Source: an uncultured Anaerolineales bacterium
Lineage (GTDB): Bacteria > Chloroflexota > Anaerolineae > Anaerolineales > UBA6663
Assembly (NCBI GenBank): GCA_964480865.1
Contig: CAYZRP010000006.1
Span: forward strand, 4,064 to 68,063
Reading direction: 5' to 3'
DNA: 64,000 nucleotides
Shown: one piece after another, positions 1 to 8,046 of the stretch
Layout: each line of letters begins with the position of its first letter
Position numbering within the stretch: position 1 is the first letter of the stretch
Notes under the pieces: generated by a model
The model's input: the letters and a program-made list of their open reading frames with translations, nothing else
Told to the model about the DNA's origin: nothing
The model's database searches: none
Translations under genes and position numbers: made by a program

Positions 1-1
1 G

Positions 2-1144
2 GCACCGGATCTGACGCGCACACGCATCCCGCTCGTGTTGTGGTCGACGCAGCAGCTCTCGGCCGTGACCCCGGCCATCACGAACTGGGATCTCGAGGAA
101 AACCACGGCGTGCACGGGACGCAGGATCTGGCCAACGTCCTGCGTCGGGCCGGCCGCCGCTTCGCCGTTCTGGCCGGTCACTGGCAGGATCCGGCCACGC
201 TTCAGCAGTTGAGCGAGTGGTTTGCGGCGGCCCGCGTCCATCATGCGCTGCTCGGCGCGCGCGTCGGTCTGATCGGGCATCCGATGGAGCACATGGGCGA
301 CTTCGGGCTCGACGAAACGGCCTTCGAAACGCAGTTGGGCGTTCACGTGCAGCATCTTCCGCAGCGCGCTCTGGCCATGGCGGCGCGTGAAGCCCCGGCC
401 GATGTCGTCAACGACCTGATGCGGAGGGATCGCGATCGGTTCCGCGCGCATGAGAGCCTGACTGAGGCGCAACACGAGGCCGCTGTTCGCTTGGAGTGGG
501 CCATCCGCCAGACGCTCGAACGAGACCACCTGATCGGCTTCGCGTCGCACTTTCTGGCGATCGCGCAGGAAGGCCTGTTCGACACCTTGCCGTTCCTGGC
601 GGCCTCGAATCTGCTGGCCGTCGGCTACGGTTACGGCGGCGAAGGCGACGTCACCAGCGCGGTGGCCGTGTGGATCCTGCAGCAACTCGCGGGGGCTGCG
701 ACCTTCACCGAGATGTTCACCATGGATTTCGCCGGCGACAGCCTGCTGATGAGCCACATGGGTGAAGGTAACTGGCAATTGGCCCGGACCGACCATCCGA
801 TTTCGCTTCGATCGGATCGATTCGACCTGGCGGCGTTCGCGGCGGATCCCGTCTCGCTGACCTTCACGTTGCGCCCGGGGCCGGCCACGCTACTCAACCT
901 CACGGTCGGGCCGGAGGGCCGTGTGCAGTGGATCGTCACGGAGGGCGACGTCATCGATGCGCCGCCTTTGCCGCAGTTGACTCCGGTGCACCATCGCTTC
1001 CGGTTCGCGCACCCTGTGGCGCGCTTTGTCGAGCGGTATGCCGAGTTGGGCGGGTCGCACCATCAGGCCCTGGCATACGGTCACCGCGCCTCGCTGCTGG
1101 GCAAGCTGGCCCGGCTGCTCGACGTGCCGTTCCACGTCATCTGA
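2..1144 (+). CDS. L-arabinose/L-fucose isomerase-family sugar isomerase, 5'-partial
   Basis: The reading frame is open from the window edge, with no stop before the GTG at 35. The 369-aa ORF has an isomerase-family-like C-terminal region (..SHMGEGN..). An aldolase gene follows 24 nt later. Confidence 0.55.
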   Translation, partial: APDLTRTRIPLVLWSTQQLSAVTPAITNWDLEENHGVHGTQDLANVLRRAGRRFAVLAGHWQDPATLQQLSEWFAAARVHHALLGARVGLIGHPMEHMGDFGLDETAFETQLGVHVQHLPQRALAMAAREAPADVVNDLMRRDRDRFRAHESLTEAQHEAAVRLEWAIRQTLERDHLIGFASHFLAIAQEGLFDTLPFLAASNLLAVGYGYGGEGDVTSAVAVWILQQLAGAATFTEMFTMDFAGDSLLMSHMGEGNWQLARTDHPISLRSDRFDLAAFAADPVSLTFTLRPGPATLLNLTVGPEGRVQWIVTEGDVIDAPPLPQLTPVHHRFRFAHPVARFVERYAELGGSHHQALAYGHRASLLGKLARLLDVPFHVI

Positions 1145-1167
1145 TCACGCCGGGGGATCGATCACGC

Positions 1168-1995
1168 ATGAACACCAAAGTACGTCTCCATCGTCTGTTC
1201 GCCGAGGATGGTCGTTGCGTCAACGTCGCTGTGGATCACGGCTTTTTCGGTGAGTACCCGTTCCTCGAGGGCATCGAGTCGATGCCCCAGGTGGTCACGC
1301 GGCTGGCGGCCGCGCAGCCCGACGCGATCCAGCTGTCGCTCGGCATGGCGCCGCTGCTGCAGAACCTGCCGGGGAAGCACAAGCCAGCCCTGGTGATGCG
1401 CGTCGACACGGCGAACATCTATGGACCGGCCGTGCCGGCGCAGGCGTTCAATTACGTCGTCGCCGGCGCCGTCGAGCAGGCGCTCGCCCTCGACGCGGCC
1501 TGTCTGTGCGCCAATCTGTTTCAGGTGCCGGGGCATCCCGAAGTTCACGCGCAATGCGTGGCCAACATCAGCCAGCTGAAGCCGGAGTGCGAGCGGTATG
1601 GCCTGCCGTTGATGGTGGAACCGTTGGTCTTTCAACCGAACCCGACCGGCGGCTATGCCAGCGATGGCGACCTGCGCAAGATCATGGCGAATGTGCGCCA
1701 GGCGGTTGAGCTCGGCGCCGATGTGATCAAAGCCGATCCGTGCAGCGACCTTACAGCCTATGGCCGCGTCATCGAAGTAGCCTCGGGTTGCCCGGTGTTG
1801 GTGCGCGGCGGCAGCAAGGCGCCGGAGGCCGAGCTGCTGCGACGAACCCAGGCGGTGCTGGCGCAGGGCGCGGTCGGCATCGTGTACGGCCGCAACATCA
1901 TCCAGCACCCGACACCGTCGAAAATCGTTCGATCCTTGATGGCTGTGGTGCATGAAGGCACGTCTTCCGAAGACGCGATTGAGTTGCTGGCCTGA
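1168..1995 (+). CDS. DeoC/LacD/FbaB-family class I aldolase
   Basis: ATG at 1168, in frame with track ORF 928..1995. The N-terminal extension of that ORF overlaps the upstream gene and is rejected. The family assignment is by sequence resemblance only, judged by eye (e.g. ..VAVDHGFF.., ..GADVIKA..). Confidence 0.65.
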   Translation: MNTKVRLHRLFAEDGRCVNVAVDHGFFGEYPFLEGIESMPQVVTRLAAAQPDAIQLSLGMAPLLQNLPGKHKPALVMRVDTANIYGPAVPAQAFNYVVAGAVEQALALDAACLCANLFQVPGHPEVHAQCVANISQLKPECERYGLPLMVEPLVFQPNPTGGYASDGDLRKIMANVRQAVELGADVIKADPCSDLTAYGRVIEVASGCPVLVRGGSKAPEAELLRRTQAVLAQGAVGIVYGRNIIQHPTPSKIVRSLMAVVHEGTSSEDAIELLA

Positions 1996-2028
1996 GCCGG
2001 CGTTTCGTTCAATCTGAAGAGGTCAACC

Positions 2029-3639
2029 GTGGACACTGTTGTGAACTCTCCGGCCGCGATGCTGGCCAGCCCCCACTTTTCGCTGGCCGCTTTGTTGGGC
2101 CGACCCTACGTTGAAGCGGTTTGCCAGGCCCGTGCCCTCCTGACCCATGAAGATCCCACGCAATTAGCGGCGATCGCAAACGAGGAAGTCGATTTCTTCC
2201 CGGTCGATCTTCAGGACCAGCTGGCCGAATTGATCGGATGCGTCGGCCAGGCGGTGGCTCCGGCGCTGGCGCAAACCAGCCCGGGAGCCGGGACGATCGC
2301 CTTCAACCGAGCCACTCAGTCGAGAATGGCGCCGGTCTCGGCCCTCGGGTTCATCCGGATCGGCGAAGACGGCAAGGCCTACCTGACCTCCAAGAGCGAG
2401 CACTACCACGCGTCGCTCGGGCACGGCTTCCCCGGCTATCGCCTGATCGATCTGGCCCGCCGACTCGGGGTGCCGAACGCTACGCACAACAACACGCGCG
2501 GCTACATCACGCGTCGACTGGAGGAGGATCTGATCCGGGTTGCCAACGGCCTGGCGGCGACGGATGCCGACGGTCTGCAGCGCGTGTTGAGTTCGCAGGA
2601 ACCGCACGTGCTCAACCGGGTGATCAACCTTGAGACGGGCAGCCTGGCGGTGGAGGCGGCGGTGAAAATGATGCTCGCCCGCTTCTATCGCCACGACGAG
2701 ACTCAGCCGGTGCCGCTGTACCAGGGCAGGATCCCGGTCTTCCTGGTGATCGGCGATCGGGCGGGGGGCACGAAGGCCAATTACCACGGCACCACGATGT
2801 TCACGCAATTCCTGCGCGGCATGTGGCCCGAACTGGCCGGGATGCTGGAACAGCATGGGCTCATGCTGGTCAGGCCTGTGCGCATTAATGACGCCGCGCA
2901 TTTCGAGGAGGTGCTGAAGGAGTACGATCGCCCGCCGTACAAGGTCGCCGGGTTCGCACACGAGATCGTGCTGATGAATTATGGCGGCATCCTGCTCGAC
3001 AAGACATTCCTGCAGGGCGCCTACCGGGCCTGCCAGGCCCATGACGTCCCGACGCTGGTGGACGAAATCCAGTCGTGCATCTGGTCGCCGGAGATGTTCA
3101 TGTTCCGCGAGTACGGCCTGGCGCCGGATTTCGTCTCGGTGGGCAAGGGTTTCCCGGGCGGCGAATACGCGGCGTCGCGCATTTTGACCACCTATCCCAT
3201 GGACAGCCTGACCCAGTTCGGCGCCCTGGTGACCAATGGCCAGGAGGAACTGGCCTCGCTGGCCTACCTGGTGACCATGAGGTTCCAGGAAGCCAACCGC
3301 GACTACATCAACGCGGTGGGCGAGTATTACGAGGCCGAGCTCAAACGCCTGGCGAAGCAGTACCCGGCATTGATCCAGTCGATCGAAGGCGCGCGCCACC
3401 TGTCGTCGATCTTCTTCTGGGAAGCTGAGCCGTCGCTGACGTTCATTCGTGCGCTCAATGCTGCCGGGATCGATATCAGTTCGCAGACGTACAAGGCGGA
3501 TTGTCCGCCTGCTGTGCTGAGCAAGATCCCGCTGATCGCGACGCCGCAGGTCGTGGACCATCTGATCAGGGTGATGCGTCAGGCGCTGGATGACCTGAGC
3601 TTGTCGACTGCGGATCAACCCGGCGCGCGCTCAGGCTGA
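2029..3639 (+). CDS. class-III PLP-dependent aminotransferase-like protein
   Basis: 536-aa ORF containing VDEIQSCIW and SVGKGFPGG (candidate PLP lysine), as in class-III aminotransferases. The long antisense ORF 2164..3618 is a shadow. Confidence 0.65.
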   Translation: MDTVVNSPAAMLASPHFSLAALLGRPYVEAVCQARALLTHEDPTQLAAIANEEVDFFPVDLQDQLAELIGCVGQAVAPALAQTSPGAGTIAFNRATQSRMAPVSALGFIRIGEDGKAYLTSKSEHYHASLGHGFPGYRLIDLARRLGVPNATHNNTRGYITRRLEEDLIRVANGLAATDADGLQRVLSSQEPHVLNRVINLETGSLAVEAAVKMMLARFYRHDETQPVPLYQGRIPVFLVIGDRAGGTKANYHGTTMFTQFLRGMWPELAGMLEQHGLMLVRPVRINDAAHFEEVLKEYDRPPYKVAGFAHEIVLMNYGGILLDKTFLQGAYRACQAHDVPTLVDEIQSCIWSPEMFMFREYGLAPDFVSVGKGFPGGEYAASRILTTYPMDSLTQFGALVTNGQEELASLAYLVTMRFQEANRDYINAVGEYYEAELKRLAKQYPALIQSIEGARHLSSIFFWEAEPSLTFIRALNAAGIDISSQTYKADCPPAVLSKIPLIATPQVVDHLIRVMRQALDDLSLSTADQPGARSG

Positions 3640-3766
3640 TTCTTTTCGACCGCCGCTTTGCAGAACCCGGATAGGGCGACAACGATCCACCCAGCAAGGC
3701 TCAACCGGTGTTCTCGCGGTTGGGCTTCGGTGGGGCCGACAGACGCCTTGGGATCGAGAACGGCGT

Positions 3767-4075
3767 CTATCGGCGATAGGCGCGGTAGGCCTCACCAAAG
3801 CGCAGGGTGAGTTCGCGCGTCTCGTGCACCGCGATATCGCGCAGGAGGCCGGTGACGATGACCACGGTCGAGGCGATGACGAAGCCTGAGCCGAGACCCA
3901 TACCCAGTCCCAAAAGAATGATCAGCGCGCTCAGCGTCATCGGGTTGCGACTCCAGGCGTAAGGTCCTGTCGTTACTGGCCGCTGTGTCGCCACCTGCGG
4001 CGCCGGTATGCCGTGTTCCTCGGTGTACTGTACGCCGATGGGCCCGAGCACCAGTGCCAATCCCACCAGTTCCAA
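3767..4075 (-). pseudogene. isoprenylcysteine carboxyl / phospholipid methyltransferase-family fragment (C-terminal ~100 aa only)
   Basis: TTGPYAWSRNPMTLS and ..ETRELTLRFGEAYRAYRR match the C-terminal half of the ICMT/PEMT family. The usual N-terminal TM helices are missing. The fragment abuts the 3' end of the tnpB relic. Confidence 0.45.
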
Positions 4076-4172
4076 CGCGGCACCGCACTCCGAAGTGTTA
4101 TCGTTTAGCGCAAGGCCAAACGAGCGTCGGTTCCTGCTTCCACGCTGGGCACCTGGCGAGCCCCATGGCTCG

Positions 4173-5359
4173 TCATGGACATCTCCGCTCCACAGGCGTC
4201 ACTTCCCGCGGCATGCCGCCGGAACTCGCGGTACGTTTCGTCACCAGCTGTGCCAGGTTCTGGGCGGCGTTCCAATCGCGGTCGTGCTCGGCGCCACAGC
4301 TCGGACAGGTCCAGCGCCGCACGTCCAGCGCCAGCTCCTCCAGCTTGTGCCCGCAGAGGTGGCACAGCCTGCTGGACGGATAGAACCGATCCGCCAGCAC
4401 CACCTGCCCGCCGCTCCACGCCGCCTTGTAGGTGAGCTGTCGCTTGAACTCCGCCCAGCTCACATCCGCGATCGCGTGCGATCGTGCGCGATCGCCGCCG
4501 CCAACCGATGGTTCTTCTGCATCCCGCGCAAATTCAGGTCTTCCACCACGAGCACGGCAGTACTCTGCCGCACCGACTTGGTTTTCGTCAGCCTCGTCGT
4601 CGCTTGATGCAATGTCTCTCGTCGGATGTTCGCCACCCGCGCATGCGCCTGCGCCAGCCGCTCGCGCGCCTTCTTTCGGTTCGCTTCGCCGCCCTTCTGG
4701 CGTCGGCTCACCCGCCGCTGCAGACGCTTCACCTGGCGCATGGCCGTCTTCAGCGGCCGCGGGTTGGCGATCACGGTCCCGGCGGCAGAGTACTGCCGAC
4801 ACTCGCCGTCGCCAGCGCCGTCAGCCCCGAGATCCACGCCCGCCATCGGCCTGTCGTTCGGCTTCGGATCCGGGAGCGTCTGCTCGACCTGCACGGCCAC
4901 GAACCAGCGCCCGGTCTTCTCGCTCACCGTGGCGCTGAGCACCTTCACCTCGGGCGTGCCGTCTACCGGCACGTAACCGCGCTGCTTGAGCCGCAGCTTG
5001 CCTAGGCGCGGCAGCTGGATGTGCCGCTCACCGATCCGGATCGTGCCGGTGAGCCGAAAGCTCCCGAGCCCGTGTTTCTTTGTCTTCGGTTTGGGAAAGC
5101 CGACATCGCCTTGCGCAGCGCTTCTCGCGGCGCGCACTTGGAGACGTCGTACATCCAGGGCACGACGGTCCGCTTGAGTTGATTGAGCCTGCGGTGTAGC
5201 TCCATCGCATACGGAGTCGGCTCACCCTGCTCATAGGCGGCGATGCGGACCGCCAGCCCCCAGTTGTACGCCCAACGCGCCGCCCCGGCATGCTGGACAC
5301 ACGCCCGGCGCTGCGCCGCCGTCAGGTCGAGCTCAGTCTGGTAGGCGCGGTGAATCACC
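4173..5359 (-). pseudogene. tnpB: IS200/IS605-family TnpB (OrfB) RNA-guided endonuclease gene, at least 2 frameshifts
   Basis: Three consecutive minus-strand frames carry TnpB segments in order. N-terminal: [23 protein letters not shown]. Middle: GFPKPKTKK..GVDLG..VVVEDLNLRGM. C-terminal: SWAEFKRQLTYKAAW..SSRLCHLCGHK..CPSCGAEHDRDWNAAQNL. No tnpA is present. Confidence 0.8.
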
Positions 5360-5650
5360 CTGGCGGTGCAGGGACAACCGCGGCTGGATTGCGCGCGGGC
5401 AAACCCAGTGTCAATTGCTCGTTTCTCCGCGACCAGCCGTTTTGGGGCTGGGCGATTCATGAGGCTGGCGCCGGCCGGGCCGCATCCCATTCCTCAAAAC
5501 AAGCTGACGATCGGACAACTCGCAACGGCGCTATCGACTGCGGTGCGCGACACGACTATTCGTGGGCGTGCCGCGCGGCTCGGGGATAAGATCAGAGCGG
5601 AAAACGGTGTCGCCCGCGCTATCGGGATCATCGAGACGGTGGCGCCCTAA
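5341..5650 (+). pseudogene. GT1-family (UDP-glycosyltransferase/MGT-like) C-terminal fragment with one frameshift
   Basis: [30 protein letters not shown] in one frame continues in a second frame as [45 protein letters not shown]. There is no N-terminal domain. Confidence 0.5.
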
Positions 5651-5745
5651 CGGCGCAAGAGCGTACCCGTGGCGTCTTCAGCTCGCATGATGTTGGCCGG
5701 GACAGGCCAAGACGGCCACGGTTTTCTCCCAAGATAACATCGTTG

Positions 5746-5774
5746 TTGACATCCACCGTCATTGGCCCTATCTT
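5746..5774 (+). promoter_or_regulatory. sigma70-like promoter of sRNA copy A
   Basis: TTGACA (5746-5751), a 17-nt spacer, then TATCTT (5769-5774). The conserved transcript block starts 7 nt downstream. Confidence 0.6.
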
Positions 5775-5780
5775 GAACCC

Positions 5781-5960
5781 CAACAACATCGATTGCCGGG
5801 CTCCCCACAACCACACCTCTCCGGGTTTTCGCTGCGCCGTGGCCCAACGGTCTGAAATGCGCGGCGACAGGATGGCAACTCATAACCCGGAGGTCGTAGG
5901 TTCGAATCCTGCCCCCGCTACTGAAAAGGCCGTGATCGATTGCGATCACGGCCTTTATAT
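5781..5960 (+). ncRNA. unclassified small RNA with tRNA-fMet 3'-half tail, copy A
   Basis: One of four aligned paralogues. The 3' part CTCATAACCCGGAGGTCGTAGGTTCGAATCCTGCCCCCGCTA is an initiator-tRNA 3' half (T-arm at 5896-5912). No 5' acceptor strand is present. It has its own promoter and terminator. Confidence 0.7.
5928..5960 (+). terminator. intrinsic terminator of sRNA copy A
   Basis: GGCCGTGATCG / CGATCACGGCC forms an 11-bp stem with loop ATTG, followed by TTTATATT. Confidence 0.7.
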
Positions 5961-5996
5961 TGCCACTGGCGCCGCGGAGAGACCTGGAATGGACTC

Positions 5997-7025
5997 TCAA
6001 TTGGCGAATTGAAAAGTCCAGAGAAAATCGGTCAAAGCCCACGTCTGTTCCTCAGTCAGGATCGGCCCCCAGAACGGCATCCCGGTCCCCATGCCGCCGC
6101 GGATGATCTTGCCCTGAAGACGAGCCGGGCTGAGGCCAAGCATGTGCTTGGCATCGGTGAAATCGGTCGGCGGCATCGTCATGTGCCCGAACATGGCCTG
6201 CACCGCGTCATTGCGGGCCGTCAGCGCCGGCGCCGCGATGCCATCTCCGCTACCCGTGTCGCCATGGCAGACGGCGCAGTTGTTGGCATACAGCGCTCGT
6301 CCCTCTTCGACGCGCTCCGGCGTCGTCTGGGCCTTCCAGAGGTACGCGACCACGTCCCACAGCGCTAAGTCGGAGACGGCGTACAGTGCATCTTCCTTCC
6401 GCAGGCGTTGCCAGATCTGCGCCGGGCTTTGTGAGCGCCAGGTAATTGGTGACTCAAAAGGCCAGGGGATCGAGGCTGCCAGCGCCTCGCCGCGTGAAAC
6501 CGAAGGACGGGCTGCGGGCAGGATCGCGGCCGGTGTTTGGACGGACTCATCCAGGTCGATGCCGAGTTGGGCGTAGAGGGGTGGCTCTGGCGGTGGTGGG
6601 CTGGCCGAGGACGTCTCTCCGTCCTCCGTGACCTCGATCGTCCCGCGCATGCGCCAATGCCCCATCCCGCACCAACGCGTGCAGTAGTACGTGTACCGCC
6701 CGGGCCGCTCGAAGACGAGCATCGTCTCCATCGGCGTGTTCGGCTTGAGTTCGATCTCGGGCCAGTCCATCTGGCCGACGGCGAAGCCGTGAGTCATGTC
6801 GTCCGAGACGAGCCGAAGACGCAGTGGCTCGCCCACCGTGGCGGTCAGGCCCGCGGACGACCACCCGCCCGCCTCGGCGATCCGGGCATGGACCTCGACG
6901 ACCTGCGCCCGGTCAAGCGCGTAGAGGGTCAGCGGGATGGTGATCGCCGCGACCACCGCCGCGGTGGCCAGGCCGTGTGCTCGCGTCAGGCGACGCGAAG
7001 AGAACAGCAACCCTTGAGTCGTCAC
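5997..7025 (-). CDS. CuA-type cupredoxin domain fused to a C-terminal cytochrome c domain (cytochrome oxidase subunit II-like, orphan)
   Basis: N-terminal TM helix. CuA ligands are present: ..MTHGF.. and YYCTRWCGMGHWRM (C-x3-C-x3-H-x2-M). A Pro-rich linker leads to the heme motif CAVCH. No subunit I gene is adjacent. Confidence 0.75.
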   Translation of the reverse strand: MTTQGLLFSSRRLTRAHGLATAAVVAAITIPLTLYALDRAQVVEVHARIAEAGGWSSAGLTATVGEPLRLRLVSDDMTHGFAVGQMDWPEIELKPNTPMETMLVFERPGRYTYYCTRWCGMGHWRMRGTIEVTEDGETSSASPPPPEPPLYAQLGIDLDESVQTPAAILPAARPSVSRGEALAASIPWPFESPITWRSQSPAQIWQRLRKEDALYAVSDLALWDVVAYLWKAQTTPERVEEGRALYANNCAVCHGDTGSGDGIAAPALTARNDAVQAMFGHMTMPPTDFTDAKHMLGLSPARLQGKIIRGGMGTGMPFWGPILTEEQTWALTDFLWTFQFAN

Positions 7026-7034
7026 GATCGATCC

Positions 7035-7484
7035 TCAGGGCAAGTTAGACGGGCCATAACGCGAGTAGGTGCCGTCGACATAGGCGCGGATGTCCTTCAG
7101 CGATTTGCCTTCCCTCAACAAACGCATGGCGTCCTGAGTGATGTCCACACAGATGCCGCAGCCCAGCGCATGTCCATCAAACGAGAGCGCGCCGGACGCC
7201 TCGGTTCCGGCGATGTAGCAATCGTAATTGCTCTTGTGCCCGATCGGGCCGCAGCCGCAGTAGCAGGGCAGCGCTCGCAGCGTGTCCGCATTGACGGCCG
7301 CGAACCGGTAGGCCTGGCTCACGGTGATGGCCGCCGATTGAACCTCCTCAGGCATATCGCCCATCGCGGCCATCGCGAGCATGTCGTGATCGCTGCCGGC
7401 TGTAGAGACCGGTGCGTTCGAACAACCGGCCGCAACGAAGCCGACCAGACTCAGCATCACAACGATGGACAGGGGGATACGCAT
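7035..7484 (-). CDS. PCYCGC-motif lipoprotein (putative metal-binding)
   Basis: Signal peptide with lipobox (VAAGC). The literal PCYCGCGP motif is present, plus GCGIC. Confidence 0.75.
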   Translation of the reverse strand: MRIPLSIVVMLSLVGFVAAGCSNAPVSTAGSDHDMLAMAAMGDMPEEVQSAAITVSQAYRFAAVNADTLRALPCYCGCGPIGHKSNYDCYIAGTEASGALSFDGHALGCGICVDITQDAMRLLREGKSLKDIRAYVDGTYSRYGPSNLP

Positions 7485-7510
7485 CGGCTTTACCCTCAGG
7501 GCAATGGTGG

Positions 7511-8008
7511 TTACGGCAGCCAGTTGGACAGAATCGTCACGGACTGAATGGATCCGGCGCCGTTGTTGTTGGCAATGTGCACGCGGAAGTTGTGCTTGCC
7601 GCCCATGTCGCCATGCATCATGAATGACACCGAAAGGGTGGTGCTCTCACCTGGCTTCAAGGACATCGACCCGATCGTCGGCGTGGGCGGGCAACAGCCT
7701 TCGACAACCTCGACGTACGGCGTTTCGGTGAAGGTCAGGGGCTGATCGCCGACGTTGGTCAACGTGAAGTCGACCTTCACGGTCTTGCCGAGTTGGACCA
7801 CACCGAGCTCAACTAGCTCGCGATCGACGCGCAGCCGCGGCGATCCGCTGACCTCGATGGCCGCGGCGGGTGCAGCCCGACCCGCTGTGAGAAAGTACAC
7901 GGCCAGCACCAGGAGCCCGGCCGCCACAATGAGCAGTGTGATGGGCCAGGGTGAACGGCCCGTCAGACCCTGCGGGCGACGGCTGCGAATGTGACGAAGC
8001 TGGCTCAT
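7511..8008 (-). CDS. DUF1573-like membrane-anchored beta-sandwich protein with Met/His-rich tail
   Basis: ATG at 8008 preceded by GAGGAG. One TM helix. FTLTNVGDQPL is a DUF1573-like motif. MMHGDMGGKH lies near the C-terminus. The upstream 154 aa of track ORF 7511..8470 are rejected. Confidence 0.65.
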   Translation of the reverse strand: MSQLRHIRSRRPQGLTGRSPWPITLLIVAAGLLVLAVYFLTAGRAAPAAAIEVSGSPRLRVDRELVELGVVQLGKTVKVDFTLTNVGDQPLTFTETPYVEVVEGCCPPTPTIGSMSLKPGESTTLSVSFMMHGDMGGKHNFRVHIANNNGAGSIQSVTILSNWLP

Positions 8009-8046
8009 GGAGGTCTCCTCAGGTTGTGGGTGTACGCCGGCGACCG

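Noticed and set aside
2164-3618. Very long antisense or alternative-frame ORFs (e.g. 2164..3618 -, 15144..16493 -, 19489..20895 +, 24291..25160 -, 25992..26981 -, 43357..44229 -, 46102..47262 -, 47566..48771 -, 51371..52420 -, 57577..58995 +, 59281..60444 -)
   Set aside because: Each lies opposite, or out of frame with, a gene that has clear family motifs. Their products are Arg/Gly/Pro/Ala-rich low-complexity sequence typical of shadow ORFs in GC-rich DNA.
5781-5920. The sRNA copies (also 33621, 35491, 63286) as ordinary tRNA-Met genes
   Set aside because: Only the anticodon-loop-to-acceptor 3' half is tRNA-like. No complementary 5' acceptor strand (GCGGGGG) or canonical D-arm precedes it, the upstream ~95 nt are unrelated to tRNA, and copy D has CGT in place of CAT.
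5743-6012. Track ORFs crossing the sRNA copies (5743..6012 +, 5647..6042 -, 33374..33955 -, 35432..35686 +, 35400..35876 -, 63349..63621 -) as protein genes
   Set aside because: Conservation between copies is at the nucleotide level. It tolerates 1-nt indels and ends at the promoter and terminator, and the predicted peptides diverge immediately outside the shared block.
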